Positions 17,240 to 25,415 of a stretch of 56,405 bases of DNA are shown in pieces. The translations under genes were made by a program, and so were the position numbers. How positions within the stretch are numbered: the first letter of the stretch is position 1; every line of letters begins with the position of its first letter. The notes beneath the pieces were generated by a model. The model saw nothing but the letters and a program-made list of their open reading frames with translations, was not told the DNA's origin and ran no database searches. Source of the DNA: Thermoproteota archaeon (GTDB lineage Archaea; Thermoproteota; EX4484-205; JAAOZP01); assembly GCA_038883435.1 (NCBI GenBank), contig JAVZMD010000001.1:9411-65815 (forward strand), read 5' to 3'.

Positions 17240-18157
17240 ATGCTTCCAGAATCAAGATTTTTATCAATTACATCTGATGGAAAAGGAGTATCTCAAGCAA
17301 TAACCACTGTAATACTCGTCATGGCAGTAATGTCAGTGAGCCTTGCAGCCTTCTTCTTTACTCAGTTAAACCTAACTATGCAAAGCGAGCAGGCTGAGTT
17401 TGAGAATGCTAAGGAGGCAATGGTTAATCTAGCTCGGATTATTGAAAATCTTGAGGAAGGAGATGCGCAATATCTCACTCTATCGATTAATAATGGTGGG
17501 CTAGAACTAACTAGAGGATTAGAAAATATTCGGATTACAATCTGGAGTGAAGATGATTTGAGCAAACCCCCTGTATCCTTGAATTTGGGTAAAGTTAACC
17601 TTATTAAAATAAGAGGTGGTGCAGGAGTCTCTGGACCATCTTTCCGTGTGTTAAAAGGAGATAGAAGTATTAATGATAAGAATACTCTCTTAAACAGATA
17701 TATTATTATCAGTCCTGACAATCCTAGTCCCATGGGTATAGTGTATCAGGAATGGGACAGGGGAGCTTGGATTATTATTGACTTTGGAAGAGTCAGAGCT
17801 ATGCCTTCTGGTACAATCCTCCAAACAGATAATGGGGAAAAATGGTATAGGGTCAGTACTGTCGATATAGTTTACTTCAACATAACATTTGGGGAAATCA
17901 GCAGTAGTGGTGGAACATATAACTTTCATGTGAGAATTAAGGATGTGAAAAGATATGATCCAGAAAAATTCCATTCCTCAACGGTAAATATTCATGTTGA
18001 AAGATGGTCTGAAGATGGTCTGATACACTACGAAAATAGATGGGAGTATGAATGGAGGCCAAGTGATTCTGATACTTCATCAAGTGATAATAGATGGAAT
18101 CTTTATTGGACTCTAGTTTACTTAACAGTAGTGAACGTGGAGGTCTCCGTGAGGTGA
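17240..18157 (+). CDS. Pilin-like protein with class III signal peptide, uncharacterised (paralogue B)
   Basis: ...TSDGKG|VSQAITTVILVMAVMSVSLAAFFFTQLNLTMQSEQ. The ATG lies 5 nt after the upstream stop and is preceded by ggggtga. 305 aa. Confidence 0.7.
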   Translation: MLPESRFLSITSDGKGVSQAITTVILVMAVMSVSLAAFFFTQLNLTMQSEQAEFENAKEAMVNLARIIENLEEGDAQYLTLSINNGGLELTRGLENIRITIWSEDDLSKPPVSLNLGKVNLIKIRGGAGVSGPSFRVLKGDRSINDKNTLLNRYIIISPDNPSPMGIVYQEWDRGAWIIIDFGRVRAMPSGTILQTDNGEKWYRVSTVDIVYFNITFGEISSSGGTYNFHVRIKDVKRYDPEKFHSSTVNIHVERWSEDGLIHYENRWEYEWRPSDSDTSSSDNRWNLYWTLVYLTVVNVEVSVR

Positions 18158-18162
18158 TTTGA

Positions 18163-18723
18163 ATGCCCTCTTCAGCCTTTGAAACAGCCATCTTGACGAC
18201 AGCCCTCTATGGTATAATGCTGATAGTCATAAACATGTTTTCAATAGTCTCTCAATGGGTCTTCATAGACTCGTTGAAGATAAGGCTCAATGAAATAGCC
18301 AACCAAGTTGCCTATGAGATAGCTGAAATATACTCAATGTGCGTACAGTCTAGGGAGGAGCTTGCGTTTTTCAAACCGATCGAAATACCCGTCTCCATAT
18401 CTGAACACGGTTATGCAATAGAGCTTAAGAAAATAGGGGAAGTATGGTATGTGGTTGTTTACTTAGAGGCCAATAGGGCGATAAACGCCTCATCGCCAAT
18501 ATGGGAGGACCCGGGTATTGCTGTTCACATTGGACCCAGGCTTATGGATGGGGATTCTTTTACAATCGTCAGGAACCATGGCCGATACACCATATACTAC
18601 GTTAAGGAAGATGGGGTCTTACATTCTGGAGTAAGTAAACCGGTCGTATGGGCCCGTAAATACAGGGCTGGAGACATGGTTGAAATCAGGGTGGGCCTAG
18701 GATGGCTAGTGGTAGGAGGCTGA
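18163..18723 (+). CDS. Uncharacterised protein with hydrophobic N-terminal helix (pilin-like accessory?)
   Basis: MPSSAFETAILTTALYGIMLIVINMFSIV. ATG preceded by gaggtgatttga, with a 5-nt gap to the upstream gene. I recognise no family. Confidence 0.55.
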   Translation: MPSSAFETAILTTALYGIMLIVINMFSIVSQWVFIDSLKIRLNEIANQVAYEIAEIYSMCVQSREELAFFKPIEIPVSISEHGYAIELKKIGEVWYVVVYLEANRAINASSPIWEDPGIAVHIGPRLMDGDSFTIVRNHGRYTIYYVKEDGVLHSGVSKPVVWARKYRAGDMVEIRVGLGWLVVGG

Positions 18724-18730
18724 TAGTAGA

Positions 18731-20020
18731 ATGCACGTGACCTTGGACAATGCTTTCGCCTTCTCCATCCTCGTACTCATACTCATAACCATCATGGGTT
18801 ATATTATCCCTTCAGCATACATGTCTTTCACAACAATTAAGGAACATCAGCTTGAGGAAGTTGCACAGTCAATAATGGACAAGATCCTATTCAGTCCGGG
18901 GGTTCCTGAGAACTGGGGAGATATAAACATAGTAAATTCGGAAAATGATCTGAAGGCCTTTGGCCTTCAGAAGGCAAACGGCTCATTATATGCGCTTGAT
19001 GTTGATAAGATTCTTAGAATAGCCTCAGTTAACACTACTACAAGTGTAACGTTGCCAAGCACCGTTAGAATAAGCCCAGATACCATAGCTAGGCTACTCG
19101 GCTTAGGTAATGAGTATGGCTTCAGCATAAGGGTAACGCCAGCGCTAAACATAAGTTTTGAAGTATTAGCTCTACACTGCATTAAGCAAACGGGTCATGA
19201 TTGTGTTTATTCCGTCCCAAGTAGGATAAGGGTTACTGTTAAGACTCCTGAGGGCAGGCCTGCAATAGGTGCTAATGTAACGGGGCTTTACATACTTACA
19301 ACCCTAGAGAAGGATCCTGGCAACCCTAACGATAGATTAGCCAATTTCACGTTTTTCTTCGTAAGGGATGTTACAGATTGGAAGGGTGAAGCCGAATTAG
19401 AATTCGAAAACCCATTGGAAGGTGTTAAAAATGAGAACAGGGATTTAAAAAACACGTGCACTAGCATGGTGGTTTACGTGGATTACCATGGTATTAGGGT
19501 TGTTAATTCTCATATTTTCCAAGACTACAGTGATTTCGATGATTTCCTTAACTCAATGATTATCGACAATTATCTGGTTTTAGAGTTCGATGATGCACCT
19601 ATTATTCCAAATGGTGCTAGGAAACTAAAGCATAGTGGAGTTAGAGTACCCGAGGTAGGGCTAGCAAATCCACCATACTATATCTACCTCAGTGAATTAA
19701 AAGACATAACGGAAATCCCTCAAGGCTCCGGAGACTCAGGATGGATAATAAACCATGGTAACTTTAGGATACGTGTTTACAATCTTTCAAAAATTGTTGA
19801 CGATAATGTGGTCCTAATAATGTTGCCAGTGAGCGTGCCCACTTCGGGGGGTGGACGCCGTTGGATTCTCGTCAACTTCTTCAGAGAACCCTCTAACGTT
19901 ATTTGTCAAAAGGGGGTTGCTTCCGGGAATATTAAGACTAGCGTATTGAGGAGGATGGTTAGGATCGGCTCTTTCCACTATATTGTTGAGGTTAGGGTTT
20001 GGAGGTGGGGTGAACGTTGA
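18731..20020 (+). CDS. Uncharacterised 429-aa protein with hydrophobic N-terminal helix; probable extracellular beta-rich protein
   Basis: MHVTLDNAFAFSILVLILITIMGYIIPSA. The internal segment RIRVTVKTPEGRPAIGANVTG resembles prealbumin/CarboxypepD_reg-like Ig folds. It carries several N-x-S/T sequons. ATG preceded by ggaggctgatagtaga. Confidence 0.55.
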   Translation: MHVTLDNAFAFSILVLILITIMGYIIPSAYMSFTTIKEHQLEEVAQSIMDKILFSPGVPENWGDINIVNSENDLKAFGLQKANGSLYALDVDKILRIASVNTTTSVTLPSTVRISPDTIARLLGLGNEYGFSIRVTPALNISFEVLALHCIKQTGHDCVYSVPSRIRVTVKTPEGRPAIGANVTGLYILTTLEKDPGNPNDRLANFTFFFVRDVTDWKGEAELEFENPLEGVKNENRDLKNTCTSMVVYVDYHGIRVVNSHIFQDYSDFDDFLNSMIIDNYLVLEFDDAPIIPNGARKLKHSGVRVPEVGLANPPYYIYLSELKDITEIPQGSGDSGWIINHGNFRIRVYNLSKIVDDNVVLIMLPVSVPTSGGGRRWILVNFFREPSNVICQKGVASGNIKTSVLRRMVRIGSFHYIVEVRVWRWGER

Positions 20021-20502
20021 ACAGTAAGGGTCAGATGAGGGTTGTTGAAGCGCTTTTGGCAAGCGGGATAATAGTTATAGCGATGATTATGACGATAAGC
20101 CTAACCAGAGCCCCTAATCCTTATAGTGCGAAGTCCAGGGTTGAGCTTGAGAAGTATTCTTACGATTTTCTGATGAGCCTGGCTGAGCAGGAGGTTTTCG
20201 ACAAGGTAATTTTTAAATCCGAGAATATTAGAGATGACTGGGAGGGTTTAATGAAAAACATGCTTAACGCTCTCCTGCCTCCCAACATCCTATATAACAT
20301 GACTGTTTATAACATGACTGAAGTAAGGATAGAGATTGGTGGAACCAATACTACTATTGTTGTACATAAACCGCTGGGGACTGTTTCAAACGCTTCGCCG
20401 GAGGATTTCAGGATTGCTGGAGAGGCTGCCGGTGCGGACATAACATATACAACAAGGAGGAGATGGGTATTGAAAATACACCTTGAGCTCGCCAGGAGGT
20501 GA
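20017..20502 (+). CDS. Small pilin-like protein with class III signal peptide, uncharacterised
   Basis: MNSKG|QMRVVEALLASGIIVIAMIMTISL. TTG start overlapping the upstream stop by 4 nt and preceded by ggaggtggggtga. 161 aa. Confidence 0.6.
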   Translation: MNSKGQMRVVEALLASGIIVIAMIMTISLTRAPNPYSAKSRVELEKYSYDFLMSLAEQEVFDKVIFKSENIRDDWEGLMKNMLNALLPPNILYNMTVYNMTEVRIEIGGTNTTIVVHKPLGTVSNASPEDFRIAGEAAGADITYTTRRRWVLKIHLELARR

Positions 20503-23500
20503 AAAGAATTTGCCTGAAAAAAATTATTGGGATAAGGGTCAAATAATACTCGTAATGTGCATGACGCTTGTTATAGTAATAATTTCCGTTGCTACAATAA
20601 TATACTTAACCTCAACTCACCACCTTTTCTTTAACTACAACCCCAGCAGAGAGATAATACTGAGCATAGATGCTGATTTCGAAAGAGCTTTGACAAGGAT
20701 TCTTGCAAACGCTACTATGCAATACAATAAGACAAGAACTGTTGATTCAGATGTGGATGAGATGGAGGAAGCTAGGTTATTAGCTAATAAAACATTTTCA
20801 TACTGGTTCTTAGCCACTCAAGCAGCATATTCAGGTAAGGGAGTAAATATTGAAGCTGATTGGATAGATGACGTAATACAGAGAGAGAAGGATATGCCAA
20901 TAAGAATCGGTTGGATCTCCAAACAAGGCCATCCTGGACAAATTAATCCTATTCCTGTTCAACATTATCCTACTAGAAGCCTTGAAAGTAAACTTGTAAA
21001 ATTATTCTGGTACAGGCCCAGTAGTATCTCTGCCATAGGCTCTAGGATTAAAATAGACTCCGTCATTAACGGAATAGTTGGATGGGAATCCACTCATATC
21101 GTCCTGCTAAACCTAACCATAACCTCAATATGGTCGGATGAGAGAAATGAACTTGTTTACTATAACGTGGTTGTTTTGAGGGAGAACGAGGAGCCTGTTA
21201 ATGACCTCAAGGAGGAGAGCTTCGAACTATACTGGTTCGACCCAACTACTCCGCCTGGAGTATTTTGGTGGAGGAGAGCCAAGGGAGATGAGATAACCGC
21301 AACATACAACGGTGGAGGTAATTATACGCTCACGCTTAAACCTAGATTTGCTAATGATCAAAGCGATAAGAAAAAGTTCTTTTGGAATTGGGGGGCTGAT
21401 AATAATTATGTGCCCGGCTACTACCGGTTTGTAATAGTCAGAGTCAAAGACAATAGGGACATTATCGTAGAGGCATATAGCTACTCCGGTATAGAATACG
21501 TAATACAGGAGAAAGCTGTTGAACCACATTATCCTAATAATCCCGCTAAGACAAAGGAGACATATGTCTTCGAGCTTCTTCCAAACGGGACTATGTATTG
21601 GTTTGAAGATAAGCTTATTTGTAGTTCTAAAGTCTGTCCAATACCTTTTCCTCCAGTTAAACAATTAAGAGTAAACGTTACAGTCAACTATGATGAGGAT
21701 ATTAGTAATTCTAGAAAACTTAGATTCATAGAAGCGCCTTACCAGGTTGAAATCTGGGACAACAGGTATCTCTGGCCGAGTAGCACTAATTTCTTAGGGT
21801 GGAGAAAAAGGTTTATGAATGGGAGCAAACTGGTCTTTGAAGTTACCTATCCGCCAGGATGCGCGAGACAAGCAGTAAGGGTATTTTGGGAGGATGATTG
21901 TGATGCGAAAATTCCAGAGTATAGGATTGAGATGAAGGTAATCGATGGGGTTGGGAGAATAGATACAGGATCAAAAACTTCTGCTAAAAATAGCTATATT
22001 ATATGGGTTCTTGTCGACAAGTTGAGGGCTCAGAACATTTTCGAACATCTCGATTGGTCGATAAGCTTTAGGGATAGGGCAAACGTGTCTCACGTCGAAT
22101 ACATTTTACCAGCGTATGATTCTTATTTATCAGATCATTACTATATTCCTATTAAATTCCCCGAAGATATGTGGAATATAGTCCCTGAACCAAAGGAGGA
22201 TCCTGAAAATCCCAATGTCAGAATCTCGAGAGCTCCAGTCAGGATTGTGTTATTCAGAAGGTCAGATAGAGTAGTTTACACTTCTCCACATCCGCAGCAA
22301 GGTAAGGAAGTATTGCCAAAGGAGCTCTATTATGAGGATATTATCTACATTCCGTATAATGTTTCATACTTCCTATACCGTATTAATGCGAGTTGGCTAA
22401 GAGACGTGAAAATAGAATACAGCTATCTTGTTTTCGCAGGCATAGTGGGAGGTTTTCCCGATAATGATGATATTCCACTGACACTAAGATGGTTTAAATG
22501 GGGGTCGTTGCTTAAACCAGATGGTACAGTAATCAATGGGACTTTCAATAATGAAATAAGGCCTAATGTAGGGTATTATATGCCTCACAGAGGCCATGTT
22601 TTAGGTCAGAAGTATGGAGACGGAAGTTACTCTTACTGGATAGCGTTGTATAATGAAAGCTGGGGCGCAGGCTTATTTGTCTCGCAACAATTTCTAGATA
22701 TGTTAGATCTTTATGGAAAAACGTATAAGAAAAGGGATAGAGAAACTGACCAGCTTTTCGTATGGACTAGAGACTTGGGTGCAAGTCGCTTTATGGAATA
22801 TGACGCAATAACTCTCGAGAGATATGGGGATTTTCAGCAGAGTGTAGAGATAAAACGTGATAAGACACCTAAGATAGAACTTAAATTCGCAGGCTTCATG
22901 CTTAGAGGAGGGGTGGCAGACGAAAACACAAAATATGATAATGATAATGATTGGAATGATGGTGGAAGAACTTATGCAAGGCCTTTTACTGTACTATATG
23001 ATTCTGCTGGTAGTGCCGGTATTTCAGATATTCAGCGTGAGGGCAGATCTGCTTTTGCCTATGATGATTTCTCAGAGAACCCGTTCTCCAACGGTAAGCT
23101 TATCACATCTAATCCAAATTATTGGACTTATGATCAGAACAATGGTTTAATAAGCGGAATAGCTCCAGATGGTTCCTTCACTACAGCCCATTTCTCTCAG
23201 AGCATTAAACCCGGAACTAGGACTGTTAACATACTTGCTAAGGAGAGACACATTACATCTGCCAGTGGCCAGTACTCAGGCTTAATGCTTTCAGAAGGGG
23301 TTTCTTCACAAAGTAGGTTCTACACTCTAAGCTTCTTCCGTACTACAAGAGGTACTAATAACAACTTTAGAAGACTCGGAATATTGAGGTATTCTCCACC
23401 TAACTCTTGGAATCTTATTAGTCAAACACCAAACTCTGTGAGCTTAAACCTAGGAGATAATGTATGGTTCATTTTCTACGGGAGTAGGACACTTCAAGGA

Positions 23501-24046
23501 ACTGGATGGGGTTCTATGGCATTAACAGTCTACGATTCTCAAGGTAATCCGATAAATGGTGCATCACTAAGTTGTACGGATACGAGTATTCCTAGTTTAA
23601 GTTCAGTGGGTCTTTGTATACGTGACGAAAATAGTGACAGTAATGGGAATACAATAAGAGCTGATTTCGACTTCTTCATAGCCTGTTCTGATGCCGATCC
23701 TCGAATAGTTACTGTTAAGAACGTCTGCTCAGGATACAGAGTTATCATTAGGGATAGATATGGCAACGTTGTAGCTCAGGCAACAGCTACTTCCGATACT
23801 GTAACACTAAATGTGATTAAAAATCCAGTAATTAGAAATGGATGCATTGAGATATTAAATAATCAAGGCAATCTGCTTTTCTCAAAAACTTTTGAAAATG
23901 ATTTTATTCTTGGAGGGGATGTTTATAGATGTATTCTAAGCGAAGCCCCACTAAATCCTGTCAAAGAATGCAATATGTACTATAGAATGTTTACATGTAG
24001 ATCACAAGATATGCCTGAGATAATAGATATCGGAGCAGCATATTAA
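20483..24046 (+). CDS. Giant (about 1,180 aa) pilin-like-N-terminus surface protein, uncharacterised; candidate tip adhesin
   Basis: ...EKNYWDKG|QIILVMCMTLVIVIISVATIIYL. The more likely start is TTG at 20510, 6 nt after ggaggtga and 7 nt after the upstream stop at 20500-20502. It carries at least a dozen N-x-S/T sequons. The C-terminal third is beta-rich, with the Ig-like segment VTVKNVCSGYRVIIRDRYGNVVAQATATSDTVTLNV. Confidence 0.65.
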   Translation: MSSPGGEKNLPEKNYWDKGQIILVMCMTLVIVIISVATIIYLTSTHHLFFNYNPSREIILSIDADFERALTRILANATMQYNKTRTVDSDVDEMEEARLLANKTFSYWFLATQAAYSGKGVNIEADWIDDVIQREKDMPIRIGWISKQGHPGQINPIPVQHYPTRSLESKLVKLFWYRPSSISAIGSRIKIDSVINGIVGWESTHIVLLNLTITSIWSDERNELVYYNVVVLRENEEPVNDLKEESFELYWFDPTTPPGVFWWRRAKGDEITATYNGGGNYTLTLKPRFANDQSDKKKFFWNWGADNNYVPGYYRFVIVRVKDNRDIIVEAYSYSGIEYVIQEKAVEPHYPNNPAKTKETYVFELLPNGTMYWFEDKLICSSKVCPIPFPPVKQLRVNVTVNYDEDISNSRKLRFIEAPYQVEIWDNRYLWPSSTNFLGWRKRFMNGSKLVFEVTYPPGCARQAVRVFWEDDCDAKIPEYRIEMKVIDGVGRIDTGSKTSAKNSYIIWVLVDKLRAQNIFEHLDWSISFRDRANVSHVEYILPAYDSYLSDHYYIPIKFPEDMWNIVPEPKEDPENPNVRISRAPVRIVLFRRSDRVVYTSPHPQQGKEVLPKELYYEDIIYIPYNVSYFLYRINASWLRDVKIEYSYLVFAGIVGGFPDNDDIPLTLRWFKWGSLLKPDGTVINGTFNNEIRPNVGYYMPHRGHVLGQKYGDGSYSYWIALYNESWGAGLFVSQQFLDMLDLYGKTYKKRDRETDQLFVWTRDLGASRFMEYDAITLERYGDFQQSVEIKRDKTPKIELKFAGFMLRGGVADENTKYDNDNDWNDGGRTYARPFTVLYDSAGSAGISDIQREGRSAFAYDDFSENPFSNGKLITSNPNYWTYDQNNGLISGIAPDGSFTTAHFSQSIKPGTRTVNILAKERHITSASGQYSGLMLSEGVSSQSRFYTLSFFRTTRGTNNNFRRLGILRYSPPNSWNLISQTPNSVSLNLGDNVWFIFYGSRTLQGTGWGSMALTVYDSQGNPINGASLSCTDTSIPSLSSVGLCIRDENSDSNGNTIRADFDFFIACSDADPRIVTVKNVCSGYRVIIRDRYGNVVAQATATSDTVTLNVIKNPVIRNGCIEILNNQGNLLFSKTFENDFILGGDVYRCILSEAPLNPVKECNMYYRMFTCRSQDMPEIIDIGAAY

Positions 24047-24494
24047 GCTTAAAGTATTGGCTTTACATTTGAATTAGCGAAGAAGCTGATTAATGTGAGT
24101 GGGTGAGTTTTAAACTATATGATCATGCTTAAGTTCTTATGGTAACTTTAAGTAAATGACGGCAGTAGAATTAGAAAGGCTTTGGAAATTGTGAGGATGA
24201 TTTCCTTGAGCTTGATAGGAAGCTGAGAAAAAGAGGATTTCAACAAACCCTTCAAATTCCATATGACGGATGAAAAGACGTTCGGTTTTTACTGTAAGTT
24301 CATCGGGGAATTAAGAGAAATTTAATCAAGCATACGCTAAACGTTTGAACAGGCTGCCTTAAACTTTCTAAGTCCAAGGACAAGGGTGATAACGCCCTTT
24401 ATTCACTAGCTTTTTGGGTCGATGATAAAAGTTTTATAAGACACAAAATGGGGGATGTAGAGCATCATCGTAAACTTTCCAAGGAGAAAAGGGG

Positions 24495-24809
24495 ATGCTG
24501 CTTTTGAAGAATATAAGGTACACGGTTGTTGGAGGCCTGGCGATTAAAGCCGTGGAGCAGGCCATAGAGGCACTGGCTTCTCTCGATGGTTTGCATTTCC
24601 ACACTAATCCTAGGAATGCACATGCCAATCGGATAATGTGGGTTAAGAAGAATTTTCCAGGGCTCTCGGGCTACGTGGACATGCTGTGGGGTGCGTATGG
24701 TACGCTTGGCTACGAGGGGGTTGATGGTGAGAGAGCTGGGAGAGTATTGGAGGCTATGGAGGCGATTCTAGATGGACTCGAAGAGGAGACTGGAATACGA
24801 TTTAAGTAG
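24495..24809 (+). CDS. Small alpha-helical protein, possible HEPN/PaREP1-like partner of the downstream nucleotidyltransferase
   Basis: 104 aa with a helical pattern (AIKAVEQAIEALASL...HTNPRNAHANR). Its 3' end overlaps the start of the nucleotidyltransferase ORF by 38 nt, a toxin-antitoxin-like arrangement. I could not find a canonical Rx4-6H motif. Confidence 0.3.
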   Translation: MLLLKNIRYTVVGGLAIKAVEQAIEALASLDGLHFHTNPRNAHANRIMWVKKNFPGLSGYVDMLWGAYGTLGYEGVDGERAGRVLEAMEAILDGLEEETGIRFK

Positions 24810-25415
24810 CTTGATCGAAGAGATTTCCTCTATCAGGGAGGTTATTGCGATAATACTTTTCGGAAGTAGGGCTAGGGGGATTACGACGAGTATTCTGACT
24901 ACGACCTGCTCGTGGTGTTCACGGATAGGGAGAGCATGTGGAGAAGGTGGAGCGAGCTTTTCCAGAAGGTTGGTAGCTTCAGTCTTCTGGTTCATCTGAT
25001 TCCGAAGAGTCTCAGCGAGTTTACCAGTAGTGAACCGACTTTCCTAGGAGAGGTCTTAAAGCATGGAAGACTGCTTTACTCCAAGTACCCGTTTCAATCT
25101 TCCCTAGTGCCTTTGAACCTTCAACGCGTGAAGATCATTGCATACAGCATGAGGAGGCTGAAGCAGGAGGATAAGATGAGACTCATCTATAGGCTTTACG
25201 GTAAGAAGGGGGATGAGAATAAAGGGCTCGTCAAGAAGCTACGTGGTCTAAAGGTCTGTGAAGGATGCATAATCATGCCTGAGGAGAATGCTGGAGCAGT
25301 CTTAGAGGCTTTGAGGAAGCAGGGGGTGGAAGTAAAATCCTTCGATGCTTACATTCCTAGAGACAAGTTGGAACTCGTGGAAAGCTGGTATGCTAAGCAT
25401 GTGGTTAAAAAGTAA
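24772..25415 (+). pseudogene. Minimal nucleotidyltransferase (MNT, Pol-beta superfamily) with about 100-aa C-terminal extension, split by a frameshift in a G5 run
   Basis: Frame 1 gives ...REVIAIILFGSRARG (the GSxxRG NTase motif), then nonsense. The next frame continues DYDEYSDYDLLVVFTDRES..., the expected acidic DxD continuation. The switch is at ggggg 24875-24879; six Gs would restore GSRARGDYDEYSDYDLLVVF. Confidence 0.7.

Noticed and set aside
21227-21664. 145-aa minus-strand ORF inside the giant gene (similar cases: 17362-17733, 17690-17974, 17937-18191, 19814-20062)
   Set aside because: These are antisense to long uninterrupted plus-strand ORFs that are translationally coupled and carry SD motifs. 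AT-rich coding DNA commonly leaves open antisense frames.
10682-24046. Interpretation of the locus as an archaellum (fla) operon
   Set aside because: There are no FlaH (KaiC-like), FlaX/FlaCDE or FlaF/FlaG-type genes next to the ATPase. The ATPase is paired directly with a peptidase, and the accessory genes do not resemble fla accessory genes. An adhesion-pilus-type system is more likely.
24434-24628. 64-aa minus-strand ORF overlapping the start of the helical protein gene
   Set aside because: It has no motif, overlaps the plus-strand ORF that is organised with the MNT gene, and has a Cys/Ala/Ser-rich antisense-like composition.
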